A stretch of 64,000 bases of DNA from Mizuhopecten yessoensis (taxonomy: Eukaryota), in contig NW_018405052.1 in NCBI RefSeq assembly GCF_002113885.1, positions 313,562 to 377,561 on the forward strand, in the 5' to 3' direction. Shown here one piece after another: positions 53,801-63,192 of the stretch. The notes below the pieces were generated by a model that saw nothing but the letters and a program-made list of their open reading frames with translations, made no database searches and was not told the origin of the DNA. The position numbers were made by a program, and so were the translations under genes. Position 1 is the stretch's first letter. Every line of letters begins with the position of its first letter.

Positions 53801-55770
53801 GAAGTCCCTTAACTTAAGGCTAGTCCAAAAGATAGCACCTTTGGACTCGAAGAACAATCTTAAGTCAAAGAAATTTTCCTTAACCTCAGTCATGCTTTCC
53901 TACTAAAACAATTAAGGAATTTTCCTTTCTGCTATCACAGGACAGTCATTTCTAAGAACAAATGGCTATACTGTTGAATATAATTTTAGAGAAAATAAAA
54001 CACTTTGTGTAAAACCCATTATACTTTGATGGGTATAAGCCAGAGGTTATAATAAAAAAATAAAAAAATAAAACAACTACAGGGGTCGAACTTGGTACCT
54101 TTACATTGCAAAGCCCACGTTTCAATACAGGACTTATACAAGCACCGTATCAAAAGGAATGCCCATTATGGGCTACTAAGCATATGAAAAACTTGTCAGG
54201 GGAAGCTAATCTACACACGGAAAAAATCCTCTAAAGAAGGGGGACAACTCAAAGTCCAAAAACTCTAAATGGAACTCTTCTTTACAACTACAAATGATGC
54301 AGAGGTACCCTTTACCTTAAAGTTGTTCAGCAATGGACCACTGTTATAGACAGTAATACTGTGTTGGACAAGACATGTTACAGGATAAGTAGACTATACT
54401 GTTTCCGATACACAACATGTTAGTATGTAACGATACAATGTACTTTGTAAGTGAAGAAACATGTAATGGACCAGAAAATATGTGAATATTCTACTAATAG
54501 GCTCTGTAAAAGAAGCTTTTTTGATCAATCATTCCAAGGATTGCTTTGAAATCATGATTTAATGAGATCTTTTTAATTTTAAGAACTCTATTTTGGGTCT
54601 TGTAATTTGATACTGATGAAAGCTCCTTACAGCAGTACCTGGCTACTATAAGCTACCTACAGTGTTAACTTAAGGATCCCTGTACCACTGCCAATAACTG
54701 TAAATATGCATCGGAAAGTAATTTCTTTTGTTCAAAACTATTATTTAGATAAATAATTTCTGAAAAGAACTTGAGGGACTTTTATCTAAAGATGATGAAG
54801 TTGAAATAAAGAAAATATAATCAATAATAGTGTTCTGAGTGTAAAAATTCAGCTAATTCAGGATTTGAACCCTATACTTTAGATTGTTATACTGTTGCTC
54901 TGGTTCAATTGCTCTATATTTTAAATATCTAAAATTAAGGGGAGATGACTCTATATACTAACAATCACAATGGAACTCTCCTGTGTTTTGCCTGCAGTGG
55001 GACGGGGATCCTTTACCAGCAGTTAGTACTAAGTAGGGTATTTGAAGGATCTAGGACTTGTCATTTTGTGTCAAGAGTCAGAACAAATATACAGGTCCCT
55101 TGAGTACAAACTTATAATTAAAATGTTCTTTTTTAACCTCTTGGCTTTAGAAAATAGATCAACCAGGATGGAACATTGAACATTTTATATCAATGTATTG
55201 GAAGCCATTTGTTCTTGACTACACATGACTGTCTGATAGAGCCTTCAATACCTGCCCACACCAGAGCTAGTTACAGTAGGACGCTGTGATAACCATATAC
55301 CGGTAATCCTGAGTAACCCTTCTCTCCCTGTAAAACAGCAGATACCACATTAAAACAAAATATCAATCTCATCGATAACGATGATTGGTATGTGAAATAT
55401 CTACTGCATATCAAGGTGAACATAAGTCTCTACTGATTTTTGGACATATTTCTTAACAGGAAAGAGAAAAAAACTGATATGGTCACTTTTTAGCATTAAG
55501 GTAGTGAAACTTTTCCATAAATAATGACTGAAATTAAAATTAAAACATTCCTGGTGCATTCCCAATTGATATATTATGTTTTGAAAACATTTTGATCAAA
55601 AGATATCACCTGACATGCTACATTGTATTTACCCAGTTCCTTTAATTATGGTCAGTAAAAAGTAACATAAATTTATTGTATTATCATGGTAAGGGCCTAT
55701 TGTCACTTATAATCCTGTATTATCATACTACTTACCCGTATTCCAGAGTCTCCCTTATCTCCCTTTGCTC
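2764..55770 (-). CDS. MACIT-family transmembrane collagen (collagen XIII/XXIII/XXV-like, COL-99-like); multi-exon and 5'-incomplete in this window
   Basis: 27 in-phase exons with AG/GT boundaries join into interrupted Gly-X-Y domains. The C-terminal GLDAPCPxGxxGLPxPGC(G)W motif matches the MACIT NC4 signature. The paralog cannot be assigned from the sequence alone. Confidence 0.9.
3173..3885. repeat. 21-bp minisatellite
   Basis: Unit agcagtataacagatacctat. Confidence 0.95.
4185..4325 (-). mobile_element. degenerate tRNA-derived SINE-like fragment
   Basis: Minus strand has an A-box-like tagccctgtggtaa and a B-box-like ggttctagccc at tRNA-like spacing. Confidence 0.35.
5051..5137 (-). CDS. 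NC4 exon [29 protein letters not shown] (MACIT signature)
   Basis: aacacacag|...|gtatgg; 87 bp. Matches the GLDAPCPLGxDGLPxxGCW C-terminus of collagens XIII/XXIII/XXV. Confidence 0.93.
7129..7211. mobile_element. short MITE with TIRs, piggyBac-like termini
   Basis: ccctttcacc...ggtgaaaggg, flanked by gtaa / ttaa. Confidence 0.55.
7540..8830. repeat. 29-bp minisatellite (31-bp variants)
   Basis: Unit gtgacacaataggatgtcacattacacat. Confidence 0.95.
9738..9791 (-). CDS. collagen exon [18 protein letters not shown]
   Basis: ttgatgtag|...|gtaagt; 54 bp. Confidence 0.92.
9957..11800. repeat. 37-bp minisatellite
   Basis: Unit atgagacatctcaatgactgttacacaacgatgccac. Confidence 0.95.
11886..11966 (-). 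CDS. collagen exon [27 protein letters not shown]
   Basis: catgatcag|...|gtaagt; 81 bp, with an internal interruption. Confidence 0.9.
12376..12514. repeat. 62-bp tandem duplication including a splice donor
   Basis: cttaccattggcccc at 12376, 12438 and 12500. Confidence 0.9.
12505..12567 (-). CDS. collagen exon [21 protein letters not shown]
   Basis: taatgtag|...|gtaaga; 63 bp. Confidence 0.92.
13208..13252 (-). CDS. collagen exon [15 protein letters not shown]
   Basis: ttgtatccag|...|gtaagt; 45 bp. Confidence 0.92.
14074..14109 (-). CDS. collagen exon [12 protein letters not shown]
   Basis: ggttttag|...|gtaagt; 36 bp. Confidence 0.9.
14250..14988 (+). mobile_element. HINE-like element, apparently complete
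   Basis: acaagaggcccatgggcc start, sub-terminal inverted pair ggtcacctga / tcaggtgacc, (gac)n microsatellite, 3' hairpin. Confidence 0.8.
15757..15792 (-). CDS. collagen exon [12 protein letters not shown]
   Basis: ccctacag|...|gtaacc; 36 bp. Confidence 0.9.
16076..16108 (-). CDS. collagen exon [11 protein letters not shown]
   Basis: gttgacag|...|gtaagc; 33 bp. Confidence 0.88.
16363..16419 (-). CDS. exon [19 protein letters not shown] (NC3-like interruption)
   Basis: gttttctag|...|gtaagt; 57 bp. Confidence 0.88.
18319..18552. repeat. 22-bp minisatellite
   Basis: Unit cctacacacgatgttccccacc. Confidence 0.92.
19391..21251 (+). mobile_element. HINE-like element carrying a ~155-bp satellite-like array, 3'-truncated
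   Basis: acaagaggcccagagggcctgtatcgctcacctg start; about 9 tandem 155-bp units at 19840-21160; gacggatgacggac tail. Confidence 0.8.
21469..21912 (+). mobile_element. HINE-like 3' fragment, copy 1
   Basis: tgaccttga-type internal repeats, (ggac)n, gcataagctcacttggcacttcgtgccagg hairpin. Confidence 0.7.
22331..22774 (+). mobile_element. HINE-like 3' fragment, copy 2
   Basis: Near-identical to 21469-21912 at an offset of 862 bp. Confidence 0.7.
24061..24150 (-). CDS. collagen exon [30 protein letters not shown]
   Basis: ttgctatccag|...|gtaagt; 90 bp. Confidence 0.93.
24151..27260. repeat. 31-bp minisatellite, about 100 copies
   Basis: Unit ctggataacaagtcatgtcattacacacact; starts exactly at an exon boundary. 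Confidence 0.97.
27634..27693 (-). CDS. collagen exon [20 protein letters not shown]
   Basis: ctttcttcag|...|gtgagt; 60 bp, ends on an incomplete triplet. Confidence 0.8.
28055..28180 (-). CDS. collagen exon [42 protein letters not shown]
   Basis: cactttag|...|gtacaa; 126 bp, 14 triplets. Confidence 0.93.
28535..28735. repeat. 34-bp minisatellite
   Basis: Unit caatataccaactataggggacaatagtacatca. Confidence 0.9.
28767..29322 (+). mobile_element. degenerate HINE-like element (acaagagatcc family)
   Basis: acaagagatcctagagggatcatggcgcccac start, tccaagatggctgc motif, acagacggatggac tail. Confidence 0.5.
29508..29579 (-). CDS. collagen exon [24 protein letters not shown]
   Basis: catgacag|...|gtgacg; 72 bp. 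Confidence 0.9.
32557..32817 (-). CDS. candidate alternative exon ([14 protein letters not shown]...[19 protein letters not shown]...PWAQ)
   Basis: GC/CpG-rich open island in an AT-rich intron. Phase-0 donor CAG|gtagag; weak ctagag acceptor or an internal ATG at 32802. Confidence 0.4.
33194..33433 (-). CDS. Gly/Arg-rich non-collagenous exon running into Gly-X-Y ([13 protein letters not shown]...[20 protein letters not shown])
   Basis: ttttgttcccag|AGA GGA...CCT AGG|gtgaga; 240 bp, phase 0 at both ends, no stops. The supplied ORF track shows a different, Glu-rich frame. Confidence 0.82.
34141..34817. repeat. 19-bp minisatellite
   Basis: Unit agtcacactcaagacacat. Confidence 0.95.
35205..36320. 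repeat. 33-bp minisatellite (degenerate copies from about 34890)
   Basis: Unit catatgcttacaacacaaggcttaaagattcct. Confidence 0.95.
36790..37352 (+). mobile_element. degenerate HINE-like element
   Basis: Three decayed internal repeats (gtaacagtgac...tgacc...ttgcacatct) and a ggacagacagac tail. Confidence 0.45.
37418..37444 (-). CDS. collagen exon GRDGRPGAP
   Basis: actttcag|...|gtaagt; 27 bp. Confidence 0.9.
37615..39281. repeat. 17/19-bp minisatellite
   Basis: Unit gaactagagac(ac)agtat. Confidence 0.95.
39386..39412 (-). CDS. collagen exon GPPGPRGPS
   Basis: gtatttcag|...|gtgagt; 27 bp. Confidence 0.9.
39802..39936 (-). CDS. collagen exon [45 protein letters not shown]
   Basis: ctgttgtag|...|gtaggt; 135 bp, 15 perfect triplets. 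Confidence 0.93.
39990..40770. repeat. 30-31-bp minisatellite
   Basis: Unit gagacctgatatacagtgtagtacatggtca. Confidence 0.92.
41288..42600. repeat. 29-bp minisatellite
   Basis: Unit tgtagaaactgccccaatgtttggctatc. Confidence 0.95.
42927..42998 (-). CDS. collagen/NC exon [24 protein letters not shown]
   Basis: ggtttgtag|...|gtacct; 72 bp. Confidence 0.85.
44516..44909. repeat. 39-bp minisatellite
   Basis: Unit catgttcagaccagcatgcctgacttaacaatgacaggc. Confidence 0.93.
45644..45712 (-). CDS. non-collagenous exon [23 protein letters not shown]
   Basis: cttgtccag|...|gtaagg; 69 bp, phase 0, open. Confidence 0.8.
46067..46129 (-). CDS. collagen exon [21 protein letters not shown]
   Basis: ttccttag|...|gttgtg; 63 bp. 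Confidence 0.88.
46443..47490 (+). mobile_element. HINE-like element, apparently complete
   Basis: aactag start, inverted pair agggccccgt / acggggccct, about 120-bp internal repeats, (agac)n, hairpin agggcacccgtatc-tcc-gatacggggccct. Confidence 0.8.
47900..47935 (-). CDS. collagen exon [12 protein letters not shown]
   Basis: tattttgaag|...|gtatgt; 36 bp. Confidence 0.88.
48231..48254 (-). CDS. collagen exon GPISKGAQ (short helix interruption)
   Basis: ttatttcag|...|gtaagt; 24 bp, phase 0. Confidence 0.75.
49190..49680 (+). mobile_element. degenerate HINE-like 3' fragment (same family as 21469-21912)
   Basis: cttggttat...gaagaagttgtt repeats and a gcataagctcacttggcc...caggtgagct end. Confidence 0.55.
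50151..50929. repeat. 45-bp minisatellite
   Basis: Unit acaataccatgacatacatgtatgactgtcacacacaatggtagt. Confidence 0.95.
51337..51390 (-). CDS. collagen exon [18 protein letters not shown]
   Basis: ccattccag|...|gtttgt; 54 bp. Confidence 0.88.
51710..51736 (-). CDS. collagen exon GYPGVKGIK
   Basis: atttcag|...|gtagta; 27 bp. Confidence 0.85.
52024..52108. mobile_element. short TTAA-associated MITE
   Basis: ttaa-ctcattc.cccc...ggggtgaatgag-tt; homologous to 60397-60466. Confidence 0.6.
55301..55327 (-). CDS. collagen exon GEKGYSGLP
   Basis: ttttacag|...|gtatat; 27 bp, Gly-X-Y. Confidence 0.88.
55736..55770 (-). CDS. collagen exon (G)[11 protein letters not shown], phase-1 acceptor, first confidently visible exon
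   Basis: ctctgttgtag|GA GCA AAG...ATA CGG|gtaagt; 35 bp, Gly-X-Y. Confidence 0.88.
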
Positions 55771-56701
55771 CTACAACAGAGAACATACTATTAGTCTTAC
55801 AGACAACATTAGATACATTGTTAGTCCTACAAATAACAGAGAATACATTTATGTCCAGCAGACAACAAATGGTACATCATCAACCTATAACAGATAATAT
55901 ATCATAAGTCCTACAAACAACATTAGATACATTGTTAGTCCTACAAATAACAGAGAATACATTTATGTCCAGCAGACAACAAATGGTACATCATCAACCT
56001 ATAACAGAGAATATATCATAAGTCCTACAGACAACATTAGATACATTGTTAGTCCTACAAATAACAGAGAATACATTTATGTCCAGCAGACAACAAATGG
56101 TACATCATCAACCTATAACAGAGAATATATCATAAGTCCTACAGACAACATTAGATACATTGTTAGTCCTACAAATAACAGAGAATACATTTATGTCCAG
56201 CAGACAACAAATGGTACATCATCAACCTATAACAGAGAATATATCATAAGTCCTACAGACAACATTAGATACATTGTTAGTCCTACAAATAACAGAGAAT
56301 ACATTTATGTCCAGCAGACAACAAATGGTACATCATCAACCTATAACAGAGAATATATCATAAGTCCTACAGACAACATTAGATACATTGTTAGTCCTAC
56401 AAATAACAGAGAATACATTTATGTCCAGCAGACAACAAATGGTACATCATCAACCTATAACAGAGAATATATCATAAGTCCTACAGACAACATTAGATAC
56501 ATTGTTAGTCCTACAAATAACAGAGAATACATTTATGTCCAGCAGACAACAAATGGTACATCATCAACCTATAACAGAGAATATATCATAAGTCCTACAG
56601 ACAACATTAGATACATTGTTAGTCCTACAAATAACAGAGAATACATTTATGTCCAGCAGACAACAAATGGTACATCATCAACCTATAACAGAGAATATAT
56701 C
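55771..56701. repeat. 114-bp higher-order repeat (four 26-30-bp subunits), about 8 copies
   Basis: cattagatac recurs at 55807, 55921, 56035 and onward; starts exactly at an exon boundary. Confidence 0.95.
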
Positions 56702-56703
56702 TC

Positions 56704-59262
56704 CTATAGACTATGATTATGTATGGTAGAGATATCCCCAGTGTATCTATGATAATGTATGGTAGAGATATCCTCAGTGTATCTATGATAATGTATGGTA
56801 GAGATATCCCCAGTGTATCTATGATAATGTATGGTAGAGATATCCTCAGTGTATCTATGATAATGTATNTCAGGTAGGGATATCCTCAGTGTATCTAGGA
56901 TTATGTCAGGTAGAGATATCCTCAGTATATCTAGGATTATGTCAGGTAGGGATATCCTCAGTGTATCTAGGATTATGTCAGGTAGAGATATCCTCAGTAT
57001 ATCTAGGATTATGTCAGGTAGGGATATCCTCAGTGTATCTAGGATTATGTCAGGTAGAGATATCCTCAGTATCTCTAGGATTATGTCAGGTAGGGATATC
57101 CTCAGTGTACCTTTCATTATGTATGGTAAGCATATCCTCAGTGTATCTAGGATTATGTCAGGTAGAGATATCCTCAGTATCTCTAGGATTATGTCAGGTA
57201 GGGATATCCTCAGTGTATCTGGGATTATGTCAGGTAGGGATATCCTCAGTGTGCCTTTCATTATGTATGGTAAGCATATCCTCAGTGTATCTAGGATTAT
57301 GTCAGGTAGGTATATCCTCAGTGTATCTATGATAATGTATGGTAGGGATATCCCCGGTATATCTATTATTATGTCAGGTAGAGATATCCTCAGTGTATCC
57401 ATGATTATGTATGGTAGAGATATCCCCAGTGTATCTATGACAATGTATGGTAGAGATATCCCCGGTATATCTATTGTTATGTCAGGTAGAGATATCCTCA
57501 GTGTATCCATGATTATGTATGGTAGAGATATTCTCAGTGTATCTATGATAATGTCTGGTAGAGATATCCTCAGTGTATCTATGATAATGTATAGTAGAGA
57601 TATCCTCAGTGTATCTATGATAATGTATGGTAGGGATATCCCCGGTATATCTATTATTATGTCAGGTAGAGATATCCTCAGTGTATCCATGATTATGTAT
57701 GGTAGAGATATCCCCAGTGTATCTATGGTAATGTATGGTAGAGATATCCCCGGTATATCTATTATTATGTCAGGTAGAGATATCCCCAGTATATCTATTA
57801 TTATGTCAGGTAGAGATATCCTCAGTGTATCCATGATTATGTATGGTAGAGATATCCCCAGTGTATCTATGATAATGTAAGGTAGAGATATCCCCGGTAT
57901 ATCTATTATTATGTCAGGTAGAGATATCCTCAGTGTATCCATGATTATGTATGGTAGAGATATTCTCAGTGTATCTATGATAATGTGTGGGAGAGATATC
58001 CTCAGGGTATCTATGATAATGTATGGTAGAGATATCCTCAGTGTATTTATGATAATGTATGGTAGAGATATCCTCAGTGTATCTATTATAATGTATGGTA
58101 GAGATATCCTCAGTGTATCTATGGTAATGTATGGTAGAGATATCCCCGGTATATCTATTATTATGTCAGGTAGAGATATCCCCAGTATATCTATTATTAT
58201 GTCAGGTAGAGATATCCTCAGTGTATCCATGATTATGTATGGTAGAGATATTCTCAGTGTATCTATGATAATGTCTGGTAGAGATATCCTCAGTGTATCT
58301 ATGATAATGTCTGGTAGAGATATCCTCAGTGTATCTATGATAATGTCTGGTAGAGATATCCTCAGTGTATCTATGATAATGTATAGTAGAGATATCCTCA
58401 GTGTATCTATGATAATGTCTGGTAGAGATATCCTCAGTGTATCTATGATAATGTCTGGTAGAGATATCCTCAGTGTATCTATGATAATGTATGGTAGCGA
58501 TATCCTCAGTGTATCTATGATAATGTATGGTAGGGATATCCCCGGTATATCTATTATTATGTCAGGTAGAGATATCCCATCTATGATAATGTATGGTAGA
58601 GATATCCTCAGTGTATCTATGATAATGTATAGTAGAGATATCCAGAGTATATCTATGATTATGTATGATAGAGATATCTCCAGTATATCCAGGATTATGT
58701 ATGATAGTGATATCATCAGTGTATCTATTATTATGTATGGTAGGGATATCCTCATTTTATCTAGGATAATGTATGGTAGAGATATCCCCAGTATATCCAT
58801 GATAATGTATAGTAGAGATATCCTCAGTGTATCTAGGATTATGTATGGTAGAGATATCCTCAGTGTATCTATGATAATGTATGGTAGGGATATCCTCAGT
58901 GTATCTATTATTATATATGGTAGGGATATTCCCAGTATATCTATTATTATGTCAGGTAGGGATATCCCCAGTATATNATAGAGATATCCTCAGTGTTTCT
59001 AGAATTATGTATGATAGAGATATCCTCAGTGTATCTAGAATTATGTATGATAGAGATATCCTCAGTGTATCTAGGATTATGTATGATAGAGATATCCCCA
59101 GTATATCCATGATTATGTATGGTAGGGATATCCTCAGTGTATCTATTATTATGTCAGGTAGATATATCATCAGTGTATCTATTATTTTATATGGTAGGGA
59201 TATTCCCGGTATATCTATTATTATGTCAGGTAGAGATATCCCCGGTATATCTATGACTTTTT
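56704..59262. repeat. 36-bp minisatellite (contains N at 56869 and 58977)
   Basis: Unit gtagagatatcctcagtgtatctatgataatgtatg. Confidence 0.96.
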
Positions 59263-59566
59263 AGTATAGTGCTATCCTAAGTATCTCTGTGGAATATATA
59301 TGTATTAAGGATTTCCTGATAATATACTCCCACAAGTCATTTATAGTTCAGAAGTCCATCACTAAAAAAACACATGTTTGTCTATCAAGATAACTAGGTG
59401 TATGAGGGATGAGGAAGTGTACAGGGAGGCAGACACAATCACAACAATCTTTTGATACGTGTTTATTTTTCCAATAGATATCTAGCAGTTTATTTTTGTG
59501 GTGATAGCATTACCTATAATTAGATATAATAAGCTGACTTTGAGTTGCAGTGCTGTCAGGGTGTAC

Positions 59567-59627
59567 CTTTATGCCCCTGTAAGCCCCGCCTGCACTTGAT
59601 GACCCCAGTAAGCTGCAGCATCTCCAT
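59567..59627 (-). CDS. candidate upstream/alternative exon (MEMLQ)LTGVIKCRRGLQGHKG
   Basis: Phase-1 donor AAA G|gtacac joins the 55770 acceptor in Gly-X-Y register (GLQ GHK GAK GDK). Confidence 0.35.
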
Positions 59628-59774
59628 GCTTTTATGTTTTCTGAGCCAATGTGTTTAAATGAGCTTAGATGTGTACTTGGACAGGTGTTAGCTGCCATGG
59701 GGTCCTGTACTACACCGGTATGTTGATATTGATCCCAGGTCTTTATGGGACTCACATCACGTCACAGAAGGTTC

Positions 59775-60489
59775 TTTAATGATTGGTGATCACAACAGTA
59801 CAATAGGTACCTAATAAAGACTTTAATGATCAGTGATCACAATAGTACAATAGGTACCTTATAAAGACTTTAATAATGAGTGATCACAATAGTACAATAG
59901 GTACCTTATAAAGACTTGAATGATCAGTGATCACAATAGTACAATAGGTACCTTATAAAAACTTGAATGATCAGTGATCACAATAGTACAATAGCTACCT
60001 TATAAAGACTTTAATGATCAGTGATCACAATAGTACAATAGGTACCTTACAAAGACTAATGATTAGTGATCACAATAGTACAATAGGTACCACACTTGGA
60101 CTTTAATGATTGGTGATCACAATAGTACAATAGCTACCTTATTAAGACTTTAATAATGAGTGATCACAATAGTACAATAGGTACTTTACTTGGACTTTAA
60201 TGATTGATGATCACAATAGTACAATAGTACAATAGGTACCTTACTTGGACTTAAATTATTGGTGATCACAACAGTACAATAGGTACCTTACTTGGACTTT
60301 AATTATCAGTGATCACAATAGTACAATAGGTACCTTACTCGGACTTAAATGATCAGTGATCACAACAGAACAATAGGTACTTTACTTGGACTTTAACTCA
60401 TTCACCCCTGAAATTTCATAATGAACTATTCATACCTTTTCAAAAGTGTCTTTAGGGGTGAATGAGTTAATAATCAGTGATCACAATAG
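59775..60489. repeat. 47-bp minisatellite
   Basis: Unit gactttaatgatcagtgatcacaatagtacaataggtaccttataaa. Confidence 0.93.
60397..60466. mobile_element. 70-bp MITE with TTAA target-site duplication
   Basis: TIR ctcattcacccct / aggggtgaatgag with TTAA on both sides, interrupting a 47-bp repeat unit. Confidence 0.7.
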
Positions 60490-62077
60490 ATACATGTGAG
60501 AAAGTTTAATGTTAGTTACTTTGTGGGAAAGGGGGTTACAGTAACTTGCAACAGAGTGAAGTTAAAATGATAACTATCATTATTCCCCAAAGGAACAGTT
60601 TTAAACAAAAAACTTCATAAACATTTTAATTCTTTGAAAAAAACGACATTGTGTAACTGAACTGGTGTAGAAATTATTCAGATTTTTTTTTCATTTGTGA
60701 TAGAAGGGAGACAACTAGGGGTGGGGATAAAAAAAAACACATCCATTTGCAAGCAATCAGTTGTTACAAGTCTAGGTGATAACTATATAATATCATATGA
60801 GGATCTGGATGGACGGGTAGGTGTGGTTGTATCTTTGGTGTCAGACCCCTCTTTTTGCAAACTGGAAAAGCTTTATCTCACTGACTGGGGCTCAACCGTG
60901 GCCACACTCCCTTACCTCCTTTACACCACCCTTGATCCACATCTGAATATGAGTATGGATGAATTTTTAGAAATATATTCAAGAAAAGTATCGGATGAAG
61001 TGTGCCTCATAGCACATGTATGTATAAATGAATGAACATGTGGATTTACAAAGTGTATATTTACCTACAAATTTTTCTGCTGGACTCGGACTCTCAGCAG
61101 AAATAAACTATATACATACTATACTGTACATTTCTGGCAGTGAAGAGAACGATTGAGAAGTAAAGGGTAGAATGAATTATAACCAACTTTAAATCTAGAG
61201 AATTTAGTTTGTCAAATTTATGTTTGAGCTAGTTGAGATTCAGATTGTGAGTTGGAGAGATTGATAATGGAGTCGGGGTCCTACCTGGTAAAGGGATCAT
61301 CAGGGAGCCTCACTCTGACACTTAACCAATGGGTTCTGGTCCAACGTTTGACAACAAACTGATGATGATTTGAAACTAGCATTGAAGTTTAATAACAATG
61401 ACAGAAGTGCAGTGTCGCTGGGCCGTTTGATCCACTGATTATCTTGCTGTAATTGGCAGGGGAACTCCATTTTAATAAGAAAATAAGACATATTGACTGA
61501 GCCACGCCAGACTTGGTTTGGCAGACCTCCACCTCCCTGGCTCTCCCCTTACTGTTCACCCCTGTAGCATTGTGCTCATGTCTTCTCAAGTTTTGGCGTG
61601 TGCTTTGTAAGATATATGGATGGTAGAAGCAACAGTGACAGCTACCAGAGACAGACAACCCTCAATTGTTTTGTCAATTGAGAAGCCACAGCAAATGAGC
61701 CATCTTTGATCTTGATAACATAAAAAGCTGGATCTATCAAGGAGGAATGTGAGAGTGATGAGAATCATGAATTGGTGTGTGTTATGCCATTCTGACATCA
61801 CAGTCCAAGTGGGCATGTGTTGTGTATGGCTTATCCAAGCTGTGACAGATGGTGCGGCTATTCCTACACACTTGTGCCCGATATCCCCTTAATGAGGGGA
61901 GCAGACCTGCCTCCTCAACCCTACCAACATCCCACAGTACACAACATACAACAATATAGACCCTGCCTCGTCTTCATAAGCCTACAAACATCCCATAGAA
62001 TAGACCATACAACAAACATCCAACAGTACACAATATACAACAATAAAATCCCTGTCTTCTAACTCCTACAAACATCA

Positions 62078-62770
62078 CATCAGTGGTGTTATGCCCTGTG
62101 TAGGTGTATACATACATCTGATAGAGATTCATCACTGGAGTTATACCATGTGCAGGTGTATACATACAACTGATAGAGATCAATCACTGGTGTTATACCC
62201 TGTGTAGGTGTATACATACAACTGATAGAGATCAATCACTGGTGTTATACCCTGTGTAGGTATATACATACAACTGATTGAGATCCATCACTGGTGTTAT
62301 ACCCTGTCTAGGTGTATACATACAACTGATAGAGATCCATCATTGGTGTTATACCATGTGTAGGTGTATACATACAACTGATAGAGATCCATCATTGGTG
62401 TTATACCAAGTGTAAGTGTAACATACAACTGATAGAGATTCATCACTGGTGTTATACCCTGTGTAGGTATATACATACAACAGATAGAGATCCATCACTG
62501 GTGTTATACCCTGTCTAGGTGTATACATACAACTGATAGAGATCAATCACTGGTGTTATACCCTGTGTAGGTGTATACATACACCGGATAGAGATCCGTC
62601 ACTGGTGTTATACCCTGTGTAGGTGTATACGTACAACTGATAGAGATCCATCACTGGTGTTATCCCCTGTGTAGGTGTATACATACAACTGATAGAGATC
62701 CATCACTGGTGTTATACCCTGTCTAGGTGTATACATACAACTGATAGAGATCAATTACTGGTGTTATAAT
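62078..62770. repeat. 52-bp minisatellite
   Basis: Unit tacatacaactgatagagatccatcactggtgttataccctgtgtaggtgta. Confidence 0.95.
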
Positions 62771-63134
62771 TTGTGGAGGTGTTTTACTAGAATATTTTAA
62801 TGTATAGGTATATTTTATAAACATTTACAGACATTTTTTCTAGTCTAGCTTTTGACAAAAATTCTAAATATTTATGATGAAGTTATTATATATGCAATGT
62901 GTTTGGCCCCTGTATGCCCTGGTTTTCATTAGGCTTCTGTTACATAACTCTGCTGGCCATTTTAAAGTTCATCTCCTTAGTTAATGGTGTGATAAATCTT
63001 GAGTTTCACTTGTTATACTGGATCAGCAGTAAGATTGTGACAGCATACTCACATAAATATCTGGTTTCATAGTGTTTTACAACTAGGGGGTTATAAAATT
63101 GTCTGCTGAATAGCAAGGTGGTTTCTCCTTATCA

Positions 63135-63192
63135 GCTCCCCCTGGTGGTATCTGCTTACCCACAACCACCTGTTTTGTAAGTCAGCCAATCA
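63135..63192 (-). promoter_or_regulatory. CTCF-like motif with a nearby CCAAT box
   Basis: Minus-strand ccaccagggggagc at 63135-63148; agccaatca at 63184-63192. Motif match only. Confidence 0.3.

Noticed and set aside
54075-54140. tRNA-like B-box fragment (ggggtcgaac)
   Set aside because: No cloverleaf can be formed; at most a decayed SINE remnant.
56704-58981. Long ORFs (698, 325 and 356 aa) with leucine-rich-looking periodicity
   Set aside because: They are translations of a 36-bp minisatellite that is open on both strands because the unit is a multiple of 3. They span N bases and have no unique flanking coding sequence.
60916-60942. DVDQGWCKG resembles an SH3-domain motif
   Set aside because: Only 9 residues, with no other SH3 sequence nearby; treated as chance.
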